This document shows positions 27,836-37,484 of a DNA stretch of 64,000 bases, piece by piece (the stretch's first letter is position 1; each line of letters begins with the position of its first letter). The DNA lies in the NCBI GenBank assembly GCA_044229975.1, contig JBGARZ010000010.1, positions 288,001 through 352,000 on the forward strand, in the 5' to 3' direction. Source of the DNA: Polyangiales bacterium. Lineage in GTDB: Bacteria > Myxococcota_A > Polyangia > Polyangiales > Ga0077539. Below the pieces are notes generated by a model. That model saw nothing but the letters and a program-made list of their open reading frames with translations, searched no databases and was not told the origin of the DNA. The position numbers were made by a program, and so were the translations under genes.

Positions 27836-30459
27836 ATGCGCAGGCTCACTCCCTGGATACTCTCCATCCTTGCGACCGCGTGCTCGCCTTCGTCTGTCAA
27901 TGGCCTCCTCACCAGTGATCTCGGCTCGGTCGACGTCGCGTCCACTGTCGACGCCTCGTCCATCGACGTCACGCCCGTCGTCGACGTCACGCCCGTCGTC
28001 GACGTCAGCACCGACGTCCCTGCGCCGACGTCGTGCGCCTCCGACCGCGACTGCTCCTCGCGCGGCCTCGTCTGCGACCTCGACCGCGAGCGCTGCGTCG
28101 AGTGCAACGCCCCCACCGACTGTCCCGCCGATCGCGTCTGCCTCCGCCACGCGTGCGCCTCCGTCCAGCGCTGCACCTCCACCCGAACGTGCCCCGGTCA
28201 GGTCTGCTCCACGACGCTCGGGTTCTGCGTCGACTGCACCGTCGACGCGGAGTGCCCGACCGCCCAGCAGTGCGTCGACTCCGCCTGCGTCGACCGCCCC
28301 GCCGCGTGTCGGTCGTCGCGCGACTGCTCGTCCCTGGGCCTCGTGTGCAGCTCCGTTCGCAGTGTCTGTGTCGAGTGCAACGCCGACGTCGACTGCCCCG
28401 TGGGGCGCTACTGCGACCCCGACAATCGATGCCGACGGCAGGTGTGCACGCCCTCCGAGACGCGCTGCGAGGACGTCGCCCGCCAGCGCACCTGCGACGC
28501 GCGCGGCTCGACCAGCGCCGTCGCCGCGTGCGCCTCGGGACAGACCTGCCGCGACGGTCGCTGCCAGGCCACCGTGTGCATGCCCTCCTTCGCGAGCTGC
28601 GACCCCGCGAGCAACGAGCTCCGCGTGTGCAACGCCGACGGCGGCGGGTACACGCCCACGCCCTGCCCCTCCGGGCAGTCGTGCCGCCTGGGGACGTGCG
28701 TCGCGCAGACCTGCTCACCCGGCGCGGCCACCTGCGCCTCCATCACCGCCCGCAGCGTGTGCAACCCCGACGGGCTCACGACCACGGCCGTCCCGTGCGC
28801 GTCGTCCGAGAGCTGCCGCGACGGGGCCTGCGTCGCCCGCTCGTGCGCGCCGGGGACGGCCACCTGCGTCGACGCCTCGACCCGCACCGTCTGCAACGCC
28901 GACGGGCTCGGAACCACCCCGGCCTCCTGCGCCACGGCACAGCGTTGCGTCGAGGGAGCGTGCCGCGATCTGGCGTGCGTTCCGGGCGCGTCGAGCTGCG
29001 CGGACGCTCGCAGCGTCCGCACGTGCAGCGCCGACGGGCTCACCTCGTCGACGGTGGCGTGCCCGGGCTCGTCGAGCTGCGCGTCGGGCATGTGCTCGTC
29101 GTGGGTGTGCGTCCCCGGCAGCGCGACCTGCGCGTCGGCGAGCGCGCGCAGCGTCTGCAACAGCGACGGCCTCGCTTCGACCACGAGCCCGTGCCCGACG
29201 CCAGCCAACGCGACCTCGCCGGCGTGCGGCGGGGCGGGGCTGTGCTCGTTCGCGTGCGCGACCGGCTTCGGGGACTGCAACCGCGTCGCGACCGACGGCT
29301 GCGAGGTGGCGACGAACACCAACGTCACCCACTGCGGCGCGTGCGGGCGGGCGTGCGAGGCGCGCTCCAAGGGCTCTCCAGGGAATGGGATGGGCTGATC
29401 GCACGCCCAGTTCGGCCGCCCTGCGGCGTACGTCCTCACTCGACTCCCGCGCCGTAGCAACGCTACGGCTTGGTCGCTCGCTCCGGGCGCGCTCGCAGGT
29501 CGACTCGGCCTGGACGCACGATCAGCCCATCCCATTCCCTGGAGAGCCCCAACGCGACGGCGAGCTGCGCGTCCGGGGCGTGCAACTACGCGTGCAACGC
29601 GGGCTACGGCGACTGCGACGGCAACGCGGCCAACGGGTGCGAGGCGCTCACCACGACGACCAACTGCGGCGCGTGCGGCGTCGCGTGCGCGAGCGGTCAA
29701 GCGTGCGCGGGCAGTGTCTGCGGGAGCGCGTGCGCCGGGGGCGTGTTGTGCGGCGGGGTCTGCACCGATACGAGCAGCGATTCGGCGAACTGCGGCGCGT
29801 GCGGGCGCGCGTGTACGGGCGGCCAGTGGTGCGTCGGCGGCGCGTGCGGCGGAGGCGCCAGGTATGTGGTCAGCTACCCGTCGGCGTCGACGGTGCCGTA
29901 CCTCGACGCGTGTGGCGCGACGGGGTCGCGGCGCGTCATCCCATCTGCCGACGACAGCGGCGCCGCCGCGACGCTGCCGTTCGCGACGCGCTGGTGGGGG
30001 GCTGCGTTGATGGCGGGGTCGTCGATGTACGTGAGCAGCAATGGCTTCTTGCTGGTTGCCCCCGTAGCGACCGCCAACTCGACAAGCGGGACGATTCCCG
30101 ACGCGATGGCTCCCAACGGGCTCATCGCCGCGCAATGGCGCGACCTCCTCACGCGAGACACGGGCGCGTGCATTGCCACCCTCGGGACCGCACCGTCCCG
30201 GCGCTGGGTGGCGCAGTGGGACAACGCGTCCAACTACCCAACGGGCACGGGCTCGCTCAACTTCGAGGTGATCGTGCACGAGGGCAGCGGCATCATCGAC
30301 CTCGCCTACGGGGTGATGTCGATGTCCGATACAACACGCACGACGACGGTCGGCCTGGAAAGCCCGGACGGCCTCCGGGCCGTCGGCGGGTGCACGGACG
30401 GCACCTCCCTCTGCGTCTCGGCTTCCAACACCCGGGCGCGCTTCACGCCCGCTCCCTGA
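27836..30459 (+). pseudogene. Cys-rich repeat lipoprotein with C-terminal nidogen-like domain, interrupted by a MITE
   Basis: GGAGG RBS + ATG at 27836, lipobox ILATAC, many C.PG...C...R..CN.DG repeats. Removing 29371-29552 restores the frame (..ACEARSNATASC..) to the stop at 30459. Confidence 0.85.
29371..29549. mobile_element. 179-bp MITE with 31-bp perfect terminal inverted repeats and 3-bp TSD (CAA)
   Basis: GGGCTCTCCAGGGAATGGGATGGGCTGATCG (29371-29401) and its exact reverse complement (29519-29549). CAA at 29368-29370 and 29550-29552. Internal hairpin GCCGTAGC-AAC-GCTACGGC. Confidence 0.92.
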
Positions 30460-30565
30460 AGCCGTCTGTCCGTTGCGCACACCCGGTCAGCCGCGTGACC
30501 GGTTCAACCCGGCGGGCGCCCGTGGTACACGGCTCGTCCCCGATTCGTCGGGCGCGAGGAGTTCG

Positions 30566-31630
30566 ATGAGCGAGATCTATACGGTGATCATGGCGGGCGG
30601 CTCGGGCACCCGCTTCTGGCCCTCGTCGCGGCGGTCGAAGCCCAAGCAGTTTCTCCCGCTCGGCGACGGTGTCACCCCGCTGCTCACGGCCACCGTGAAG
30701 CGCGTGGCCCCGCTCTCGCCGCCCGAGCGCGTGCTCATCGTCACCCGCGCCGACCTCGCCGACGCCTCCCACGAGGCGTGCCCCGAGGTGCCCGCGGCCA
30801 ACATCCTGCTCGAACCCGTCGGTCGCAACACCGCGCCGTGTGTCGCCTGGGCCACCTACGAGATCTTCCGGCGCTCGCCCGAGGCCGTCGTCGTGGTGCT
30901 CGCGGCCGACGCGCACATCGCCGACGAGGCCGCGTTCGTGCGCGCGCTGAAGCTCGCCGCCGACGCCGCCAACACGGGGGCCATCGTCACCCTCGGCATC
31001 ACGCCCACGCGCCCGGAGACGGGCTACGGCTACCTCGACGTGGGCGACGCGTTTCCCGGCGCGCCCGACGGGGTGAGGTCGGTGCGGGCCTTCGTCGAGA
31101 AGCCCGACGCCGTCCGCGCCACCAAGTACGTCACCGACGGCCACCACCTCTGGAACGCCGGGATCTTCGTGTTTCGCGCCGACGTGATGATCGAGGCGGT
31201 GAAGAAGCACCTGCCCGCGGTGGCCGACGCGCTCTTCCGCAGCGACCTCGACCAGGCCGCCGTCGACGAGCGCTACCCCGGGCTGCCCAACATCTCGCTC
31301 GACTACGGGGTGATGGAGCGCGAACACTCGGTCGCGGTGGTTCCGGTGGACTGCGGCTGGAGCGACGTGGGGAGCTGGCAGGCGGCCTGGGAGCTCGGCG
31401 CGAAGGACGACGCGGGCAACGTGCTCGCGGGCGTCGAGGGCACCGTGGTCGACGCGGCGGGCAACGTGGTGGTCGCGCCGACGGGCAAGGTGATCGCGCT
31501 GGTCGGAGTGAGCGACCTGGTGGTGGTGGACACGGGCGACGCGCTGCTGGTGATGAGCCGCGACCGCGCGCAGGACGTGAAGAAGGCCGTGGACGCGCTC
31601 ACCGCAGCGAAGCGCCACGACGTGTTGTGA
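30566..31630 (+). CDS. manC: Mannose-1-phosphate guanylyltransferase
   Basis: VIMAGGSGTRFWPSSRRSKPKQFL, EPVGRNTAP, PETGYGY, FVEKP, WNAGIF and GWSDVGSW. Confidence 0.95.
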   Translation: MSEIYTVIMAGGSGTRFWPSSRRSKPKQFLPLGDGVTPLLTATVKRVAPLSPPERVLIVTRADLADASHEACPEVPAANILLEPVGRNTAPCVAWATYEIFRRSPEAVVVVLAADAHIADEAAFVRALKLAADAANTGAIVTLGITPTRPETGYGYLDVGDAFPGAPDGVRSVRAFVEKPDAVRATKYVTDGHHLWNAGIFVFRADVMIEAVKKHLPAVADALFRSDLDQAAVDERYPGLPNISLDYGVMEREHSVAVVPVDCGWSDVGSWQAAWELGAKDDAGNVLAGVEGTVVDAAGNVVVAPTGKVIALVGVSDLVVVDTGDALLVMSRDRAQDVKKAVDALTAAKRHDVL

Positions 31631-31647
31631 TCGGAGAGACGACAGAC

Positions 31648-33006
31648 ATGAACCCGCAGATCTTCCGTGAGTACGACGTCCGTGGAAACGCCGAGCGCGA
31701 CCTGCCCGACGAGGTCGCCCGCGACCTGGGCCGCGCGCTCGGGAGCGTGATGGCCGAGCGCGGCAAGCGCCGCATCATGGTGGGCCGCGACTGCCGGCTG
31801 TCCTCCAAGCGCCTGCGCGACGCGCTCATCGAGGGCCTGTTGGAGACCGGCCGCCACATCGTGAAGATCGAGGTCGGCCCCACGCCGCTGCTCTACTTCG
31901 CCGTGCACCACCTCGACGCCGACGGCGGCGTGATGGTCACCGGCAGCCACAATCCCCCGGAGGACAACGGCTTCAAGATCCTCGTCGGCAAGGGGACGCT
32001 CCACGGCGAGGAGATCAAGGCGCTGCGCGAGCGCATCGAGCGGCGCGACTTCCTGCGGGCGCCGGGCGGCCACGTCGAGTCGACCGAGGTGGGTCCGCGC
32101 TACGTGGCGTGGATGAAGGGCAACATCCGGCTCGCGCGCACGGACATGAAGTTCGTGGTCGACGCGGGCAACGGCGCGGGCGGTCCGCTGGCGCTGGCGT
32201 GCATGCACGCGCTGGGGCTCAACCCCGAGGCGTTGTACTGCGACATGGACGGGCGCTTTCCCAACCACCACCCCGATCCGACGCTGCCGGAAAACGTCGC
32301 CGAGCTCATCGACCGGGTGAAGGCCACCGGGTCGGAGGTGGGCATCGCGTACGACGGCGACGCCGACCGACTGGGCGCCGTCGACCCGCAGGGCGAGATC
32401 ATCTGGGGCGACAAGCTGATGGTGGTGTTCGGCCGGTCGGTGCTGGAGCGGCACCCGGGCGCGGCGATTCTGGGCGAGGTGAAGTGCTCGCAGACGCTCT
32501 ACGACGACGTCGCGAAGCACGGCGGCCGGCCCATCATGTGGAAGACCGGGCACTCCCTCATCAAGGCCAAGATGAAGGAGGAGAAGGCGCTGCTCGCGGG
32601 CGAGATGTCGGGGCACCTGTTCTTCGCCGACCGGTACTTCGGCTACGACGACGCCATCTACGCGTCGCTGCGGTTGCTGGAGATCGTGGCGGCCTCGAAG
32701 GGCGACCTCACCGAGATGCTCTCCGACCTGCCGAAGACCTTCGTCACGCCGGAGATCAGGGTTCCGTGCCCGGATGAGCTGAAGTTCCGCGTGGTGTCGC
32801 GGGTGCTCGAACATTACAAGTCCCTGTATGACGTGAGCGAGGTCGACGGGGCGCGCGTCAACTTCGGCGATGGGTGGGGCCTGGTGCGGGCGTCCAACAC
32901 GCAGGCGGTGCTGGTGCTGCGCTTCGAGGCGGGCTCGGAAGAGCGGCGCGACGCGATGCGGGCCGAGGTCGAGGCCGTGGTGCGCGAAGCGCGCGACCGC
33001 GGGTGA
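31648..33006 (+). CDS. algC: Phosphomannomutase/phosphoglucomutase
   Basis: IFREYDVRG, MVTGSHNPPEDNGFK, DGDADR, GEMSGH and GWGLVRASNT. Confidence 0.95.
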   Translation: MNPQIFREYDVRGNAERDLPDEVARDLGRALGSVMAERGKRRIMVGRDCRLSSKRLRDALIEGLLETGRHIVKIEVGPTPLLYFAVHHLDADGGVMVTGSHNPPEDNGFKILVGKGTLHGEEIKALRERIERRDFLRAPGGHVESTEVGPRYVAWMKGNIRLARTDMKFVVDAGNGAGGPLALACMHALGLNPEALYCDMDGRFPNHHPDPTLPENVAELIDRVKATGSEVGIAYDGDADRLGAVDPQGEIIWGDKLMVVFGRSVLERHPGAAILGEVKCSQTLYDDVAKHGGRPIMWKTGHSLIKAKMKEEKALLAGEMSGHLFFADRYFGYDDAIYASLRLLEIVAASKGDLTEMLSDLPKTFVTPEIRVPCPDELKFRVVSRVLEHYKSLYDVSEVDGARVNFGDGWGLVRASNTQAVLVLRFEAGSEERRDAMRAEVEAVVREARDRG

Positions 33007-33965
33007 CCACGTTGACCAAGCGGGTAGTCGGCATCGACCTTGGCGGAACCGGTCTGCGCGTCGGCGTGGTGGGCGCCGACGGCACCGTGGAGGGCATGCA
33101 GTCGATGCGTCACGGGGGCTTCTCGCACCCGATGGACGCGGTCGAGCGGCTGGCCAAGGTGGTCGAAGACGCCGCGGCGGAGGGTGGTCCCGTCGACGCG
33201 GTGGGCGTGGGCGTGGCGGCCTGGGTGGAGCGCGACACGGGCTTCATCGCGAGGGCGCCCAACCTGGGGTGGATCGATGTTCCGTTTGGTGAGCTGCTGC
33301 GTCGGCGGTTGAAGCTGCCGGTGGTGGTGCACAACGACCTGAAGGCCATCGCGTGGGGCGAGTACCGCTTCGGCGCGGGCATCGGCGCGAGCACGCTGCT
33401 GGTGATCTTCGTGGGCACCGGCGTCGGCGCGGCGGTCATCGCCGAGGGCAAGCTGCTGGTTGGCGCGCGGGGCTTCGGCGGCGAGATCGGCCACATCAAC
33501 GTCGGGCCCGACGACGGCCCGCTCTGCGGGTGCGGAAGGCGCGGCTGTCTCGAAGCCTACGTGGGCGGGCACGCGCTCGCGCGGAAGGCGAGGGAGCGCA
33601 TCGCCGAGGGGCGCATCAGCGCGCCGCCGATGTCGCCGGACACGCGGGAGCTCACGGCGGCCGACCTGGAGATGCTGTCGCGGCGCGGCGACGGCGAGGC
33701 GCAGGCCCTGCTGGAGGGCGGCGGGAAGCAACTCGGTCGGGTGCTCGGGTCGATGGTGACCTTCCTCAACCCCGACACCGTGCTGATGGGCGGCGGGGTG
33801 TGGGACTCCAGCGAGACGCTGCAAGACGCCGTGCGGCTGGGCCTGGAGCTGACGAGCCACCCCGACCTGCGGAAGTCGGTTCGCATCGTCGAGGGTCGCC
33901 TGGGTGCGGCAGCGGGTGTCGTGGGTGCGGCTGACCTGGCGCGTCATCACGCCGGCTCTCAATGA
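33003..33965 (+). CDS. ROK family sugar kinase (glucokinase-like)
   Basis: GIDLGGT, HNDLKAIAWGE, GTGVG and GEIGH..CGCGRRGCLEAY. GTGA overlap with the algC stop. Confidence 0.92.
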   Translation: MTTLTKRVVGIDLGGTGLRVGVVGADGTVEGMQSMRHGGFSHPMDAVERLAKVVEDAAAEGGPVDAVGVGVAAWVERDTGFIARAPNLGWIDVPFGELLRRRLKLPVVVHNDLKAIAWGEYRFGAGIGASTLLVIFVGTGVGAAVIAEGKLLVGARGFGGEIGHINVGPDDGPLCGCGRRGCLEAYVGGHALARKARERIAEGRISAPPMSPDTRELTAADLEMLSRRGDGEAQALLEGGGKQLGRVLGSMVTFLNPDTVLMGGGVWDSSETLQDAVRLGLELTSHPDLRKSVRIVEGRLGAAAGVVGAADLARHHAGSQ

Positions 33966-34056
33966 CGCAAGGCGTCTATTTCAACGCTGCAAGGTCGGCG
34001 GGGTGACGCGCCGAGCAGATGAGACAGAAGTCCGAGAAACGGACACTTCGGACGTC

Positions 34057-34072
34057 TGGCACGATGCGCGCA
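34057..34072 (+). promoter_or_regulatory. Putative sigma54 (-24/-12) promoter
   Basis: TGGCACG-ATGC-GCGCA has a perfect -24 box and correct GG-N10-GC spacing, but lacks the TT before GC. It is intergenic. Confidence 0.5.
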
Positions 34073-34082
34073 ATAAGGGATT

Positions 34083-34185
34083 CCCGAGCGGCGGCGCCGG
34101 CGTCCCCCCCCAACGCCAACGGTGACCGCCGCTAAGTTTTCAGCAGGGTCGGTGCTCCAGAGTGAGCCCCGGCCCTGAAGTCTTT
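34083..34185 (+). ncRNA. Candidate structured small RNA (alternatively terminators between convergent genes)
   Basis: Two stem-loops downstream of the sigma54-like box: AGCGGCGG/CCGCCGCT with a C8 loop, and CAGGGTCGG/CCGGCCCTG. No + strand gene follows. Confidence 0.35.
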
Positions 34186-34213
34186 GTGGGGGCCTTCAAC
34201 GGCGTGATGACCC

Positions 34214-35713
34214 TCAGCCCAGCGTGCGCTGCGGGTCGAGGGCGGTGCGCAGGCGGGCCATGACGGCGTCGTGGTCGTCGTCGCTCGGGGGCAGCGCGTC
34301 GAGCGGGGGAATGCCCACGCGGTAGGGCAGGTCGCCCAGTCGCTGGAGTGTCTCGGTGAGCGCGTCGTGGCAGGCGAGGGCCTCGGCGTCGCGACCGGCC
34401 ACGTCGCGGTCCCACAGGATGAGCGGGGCGAGGTGCAGCGCGCGCGGCTGTTGCGCCACCGCGGCCAGCAGCGGGTCGAAGCCGCGGGACTCCAGCACCG
34501 TCGACGCGGCCTCCAGCGCAGCAAGCACCGCGTGGCCCTCGAAGGGGACGGCGGCGCAGGACCACAGCACGCCGCAGCCATCGCGGTCGGGGTCGAGGTC
34601 GCTCGCGGGCGACGACGGCCGGTGCCAGTACACGCTCCGAACGCTCTCCTCGTGTGGCATCCCCTGGAGAAACCAGAACGCCGGCTCAGCCTCCAGCAAC
34701 AGCTCTTCGCCGCTGTGTGGGTCACCCACGCGCTCCTCGATGGACCACGCGTCGACGGCGGGGGCGAGCACGTCGACGAGGCGTTCGCGGTGGGCGCGGC
34801 CCTGGAGCTCGGTCATGCCCGCGAGCGCCGTCAGACCGTACCAGCGGTGGTCGAGGCCGCGCGCGGCGAGCTGCTGCGGGATGTCTCCGCGGGCTTCGAG
34901 GGTGGAGAGGACGCGGGTGTGGTTCCAGAGGCCGATGGGCCAGCGGATGGTGCCCTCGTGCATGAGCGCGCGTAGTGCGTCGATGACACCCGGGAGGCGC
35001 TCGTCGGTGGCCACCGAGAAGCGAACGGCCTGGAGCGAGCGGGGCAGCGGCGCGAGCCACAGCGTGAGCCGCGTGACCACGCCGAGCGACGACTGCGAGA
35101 AGAGCCCGTCGAGGATGGGACCCACCCCGTGGCGATGCAGCGGCGCGAGGGGTGTGGCGGCAAAACGGCCATACCCGGTGCGCAGTGTCTCACCCGTGGC
35201 CAGCACCACCTCCAGGTTGCAGACGTGCGACCAACGGTCAGCGTTGGGGCCCGCGCCGTCTCCGCGGGCGACGGCGTTGGCCAGCACCGAGGCGTGCGGT
35301 GATCCGCCGATGCTGTTGACGAAGAGCCGCGAGCGGCGCGCGCGCAGGAAGGCGTAGAGCTGCGCGAAGGTCACGCCGGGCTCGACGGTGACCCAGCCCA
35401 TGGACTCGTCGAAGTCCACGATGGCGTCCAGGCGCGACAGGTCGAGCAGCACCGCGCCGTCGTCGGGCGCGACGCGCGAGCCGAGGCCCCAGTTGCGGCC
35501 GCGCGAGACGGAGTGGACGCGCACACCGTGACGGCCCGCGATGACGAGGCACGCACGCACCTCGTTGGCGTTGGCAGGGCGCAGCACCGCGACGGCGCGT
35601 TGGGTCGTCGCGAAGGTGGATCGGTTGACGGTGCGGAGGGTGATTGGGTCGTCGGAGACGAAGGCTACTCCCAGCGCGGCGCGCCACTCGATGAGGGCGT
35701 CGGCGAGGGACAT
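34214..35713 (-). CDS. FAD-binding oxidoreductase, VAO/p-cresol methylhydroxylase flavoprotein family
   Basis: AVLRPANANEV..SRGRNWGLGS..LLDLSRLDAI..VEPGVTF..LEVVLATG..GPILDGLFSQSSLGVVT..ALDP. Confidence 0.88.
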   Translation of the reverse strand: MSLADALIEWRAALGVAFVSDDPITLRTVNRSTFATTQRAVAVLRPANANEVRACLVIAGRHGVRVHSVSRGRNWGLGSRVAPDDGAVLLDLSRLDAIVDFDESMGWVTVEPGVTFAQLYAFLRARRSRLFVNSIGGSPHASVLANAVARGDGAGPNADRWSHVCNLEVVLATGETLRTGYGRFAATPLAPLHRHGVGPILDGLFSQSSLGVVTRLTLWLAPLPRSLQAVRFSVATDERLPGVIDALRALMHEGTIRWPIGLWNHTRVLSTLEARGDIPQQLAARGLDHRWYGLTALAGMTELQGRAHRERLVDVLAPAVDAWSIEERVGDPHSGEELLLEAEPAFWFLQGMPHEESVRSVYWHRPSSPASDLDPDRDGCGVLWSCAAVPFEGHAVLAALEAASTVLESRGFDPLLAAVAQQPRALHLAPLILWDRDVAGRDAEALACHDALTETLQRLGDLPYRVGIPPLDALPPSDDDHDAVMARLRTALDPQRTLG

Positions 35714-35720
35714 CGGGGTC

Positions 35721-37295
35721 TCAGATGTCGGTGCGAACGGCCGCGTCGGTGACGACGGGCGTGCCCGCGTCGGTGGCGCCACCGCCGCCGCCCGCCGAGA
35801 CGCCGCGGAGCTGGATGTACGGGCCGCCCACCTGGAAGGCGGCGGAGAAGCCGTCGGCCATGCGCGGGTCCATGGCGCAGTCGCGGCCCTCGATGCGGGT
35901 GCCGTCGCCGTCGATGCACGCCTCGATGCGCGGGGGCAGTCCGCCGCCGCCGCGGCGGGCTTCGTAGCGCTCCAGGCCGTCGCCATCGATGTCGATGTCG
36001 GGCTGCTGCGGGCCGATCTGGAAGATGAGGAGGTTTTGCCCGCCGACGAGGAGTTCGAGGAAGGTGCTGTTGTTGGCCATGCCCATGCCGCCGCCGCCGG
36101 GGATGAGACCGGCGGGGTTGCGCACGTTGGCGAGGTCGCGGCCCGGGATGGCGCCGCACAGCACGCCGTTGCGAATCTCGGTGATGCGGGTCTCGTTGGC
36201 GACGACGGTGCCCGAGATGCGCCCGCGCTTGAGGTTGAACTCCAGCGCGCCGAGGCCGCCCATGTTGCCGAGGGGGAGGGGGATGTCCTCCGGGCCGCCC
36301 GCGAGCGCGCCCATGCGCACCACGCTCTGGAACGACGCGACCGGCAGCATGGTCATCATCTGGAGCGACCGCGCCGACACGAACTGGGGGTTGCCCGGGA
36401 AGCCGTTGTCGGTGTTGTCCATGTTGAAGTCGGCGCCGAGGGTCCAGCCGACGCGGGTGTCGGGGAGGTTCTGCCCGCGGGTGTCGGTGAGGTTCAGGAA
36501 GGAGAGCTGGAGCAGCACCTGCCCGTTGGACACGCCCGACGTGATGAACGAGTTGAGCACGCCGTACGCGGGCCCGAGCGCGTGGGTGAAGGCGTTGTCG
36601 GCGCGGCCGTCACCGGAGAAGTCGCACCCGATGGTGGGGCTCTCGGGGGCGAGCGAGAGGCGGTTGAGCACGACGGCCTGCTCCAGCCGGCAGTCGGGGC
36701 CGCAGCCGTCCCAGCGGGCGGTGTTGCTGTCGTCGCACTGCTCGCCCGGATCGACGCGACCGTTGCCGCACATCAGCACCGAGCGGCAGTCGGGGGCGCA
36801 GTTGGGCATGCCGTCGCAGACCTCGCCGCGGGACGTGTCGACGATGCGGTTGCCGCAGGTCTCGTTGGAGAGGCAGTCGGAGCGGCAGCCGTCGCCGGAG
36901 CGGTTGTTGCCGTCGTCGCAGACCTCGCCCATGTCCATGCGCCCGTCGCCGCAGCGGGCCTCGAAGCGGCACGTCGCGCTGCACATGTCGCCGGAGGTGT
37001 TGTTGCCGTCGTCACAGCTCTCCATCGGGTCGAGGATGCCGTCGCCGCAGCGCGGGACGCGCGTGTCGGCGGGCAGCACGTCGACGAGGATGGGGCCGCC
37101 TCCATCGATGGGCTGCCCGATCTCGGTGGGGACGCTGCCGGTGTCCGTGGGGGTGACGCCGAGGTCGGTCGGCGTGATGACCCCGATGTCGCTCTCGGGC
37201 CCGGAGTCGGCCCGGACCGAGATCACGGTGCTGCCGCAGGCGGTGGTGGCGCCGAGCGCGAAGAAGACGGCCGCGAGACGAGAGGGGCTACGCAT
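35721..37295 (-). CDS. Myxobacterial cysteine-rich repeat (DUF4215-like) lipoprotein
   Basis: Repeated CG(D/N)G..D.GE.CDDGN..SGD.C...C motifs and lipobox TTAC. Confidence 0.88.
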   Translation of the reverse strand: MRSPSRLAAVFFALGATTACGSTVISVRADSGPESDIGVITPTDLGVTPTDTGSVPTEIGQPIDGGGPILVDVLPADTRVPRCGDGILDPMESCDDGNNTSGDMCSATCRFEARCGDGRMDMGEVCDDGNNRSGDGCRSDCLSNETCGNRIVDTSRGEVCDGMPNCAPDCRSVLMCGNGRVDPGEQCDDSNTARWDGCGPDCRLEQAVVLNRLSLAPESPTIGCDFSGDGRADNAFTHALGPAYGVLNSFITSGVSNGQVLLQLSFLNLTDTRGQNLPDTRVGWTLGADFNMDNTDNGFPGNPQFVSARSLQMMTMLPVASFQSVVRMGALAGGPEDIPLPLGNMGGLGALEFNLKRGRISGTVVANETRITEIRNGVLCGAIPGRDLANVRNPAGLIPGGGGMGMANNSTFLELLVGGQNLLIFQIGPQQPDIDIDGDGLERYEARRGGGGLPPRIEACIDGDGTRIEGRDCAMDPRMADGFSAAFQVGGPYIQLRGVSAGGGGGATDAGTPVVTDAAVRTDI

Positions 37296-37484
37296 GGGGG
37301 TGACTCGGCTCCAAGGAGGTACGTTGGGCGGAAGAGCGCGCGGACTCTACGATCGGGTTTGCGCAAGGCACAAGCGGCGCGCAAGACGCGGGTGATGGCC
37401 GGTGGGGAGCCGCCGGGAGGGCACTCGGCGCTTGACGCCGCGGGCGGCGGGCGCGACGCATCCCGAACCCCAACGGAGTCCCCA

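Noticed and set aside
17413..30569. Very long alternative-frame ORFs (e.g. 17413-20289 -, 27171-30569 +; likewise 35541-38537 + outside this span)
   Set aside because: Arg/Ala/Pro-rich shadow ORFs expected in high-GC DNA, overlapping better-supported genes. Only the 3' part of 35541-38537 (from 37485) is real.
30566..33965. manC-algC-ROK as part of a polysaccharide island
   Set aside because: Host-like composition and no adjacent glycosyltransferases or export genes. It looks like an ordinary nucleotide-sugar operon.
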